Source of the DNA: Acanthaster planci
Taxonomy: Eukaryota
Length of the DNA: 64,000 nt
Direction: 5' to 3'
Assembly: GCF_001949145.1 (NCBI RefSeq)
Contig: NW_019091359.1
Coordinates: forward strand, 462,021-526,020
How positions within the stretch are numbered: position 1 is the first letter of the stretch; each line of letters begins with the position of its first letter. The notes beneath the pieces are model-generated. The model saw nothing but the letters and a program-made list of their open reading frames with translations. It had not been told where the DNA came from and did not search any database. Shown piece after piece: positions 63,517-64,000 of the stretch. Made by a program: the position numbers and the translations under genes.

Positions 63517-64000
63517 CTAGGGAAACAGCAAAACGGGATATTTTAAAATAAAACAAAAAGAGGAATTGGGTAAGGCACATTTACCTCTTAACCTTAACTC
63601 AACAATTCCTATATATTTCTTTAAAAAAGAATTTTTTTCCAAAACGTTTTGCAATGAATTCACTGACTACAGTAATACACTATGCTGGGACAGGAATGCT
63701 CTTTTCATTCATGGGGTTCTTTTAAAAACAAAATAACTAAAATTACAATGGCTGTATTTGAACAAAGTCATCTTAAGAAGTCAGCATTATTTTTTTCACA
63801 CTGGCTTTGATCCATTTTTGCAATTAATGTAAATGGTTGACTGGAGATCAGACCTTTAATTAACCAGAGCACAGACATTGCATTTAATGTTTCTGACAAC
63901 ACTCTTTGCTGTTAGTATGTTTGGTTTCTTCCTTTGTGCTTACCCGTGACATTGTTATAGGTTTAGATAAGCATGCACAATATGTGGTTAAAAAAAGTAA

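Noticed and set aside
50955..63520. Plus-strand and alternate-frame ORFs overlapping the cadherin exons (e.g. 50955-51401, 59784-60095, 62726-62959)
   Set aside because: Shadows of the real minus-strand exons.
63939..64000. Possible further cadherin exon (minus-strand donor-like GG|gtaag near 63943)
   Set aside because: The upstream sequence is AT-rich with no cadherin-like translation. The next exon probably lies beyond the window.

Overview
Eukaryotic (metazoan) genomic DNA with GT-AG introns, SINEs, a LINE fragment and MITE-like repeats. The repeat content suggests a marine invertebrate, possibly a deuterostome such as an echinoderm, but that is inference only. The single supportable protein-coding gene is on the minus strand at 50819-63516 and runs off the right edge. 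Ten exons splice in phase into a 1221-aa C-terminal fragment: the end of one cadherin repeat, five further cadherin repeats, about six EGF domains, one transmembrane helix and a ~350-aa disordered tail. The cadherin repeats resemble bacterial adhesin-type repeats more than classical animal ones, and one carries a double furin-type site. The tail has no recognisable catenin-binding motif but has PPxY, NPIF, DPF and PKA-type motifs. The first ~47 kb has no credible coding sequence. It contains repeats, a perfect 47-bp inverted repeat pair 3.5 kb apart, a palindromic tRNA-derived element, CTCF-like motifs and candidate enhancer islands. A 349-N assembly gap lies at 47274-47622.
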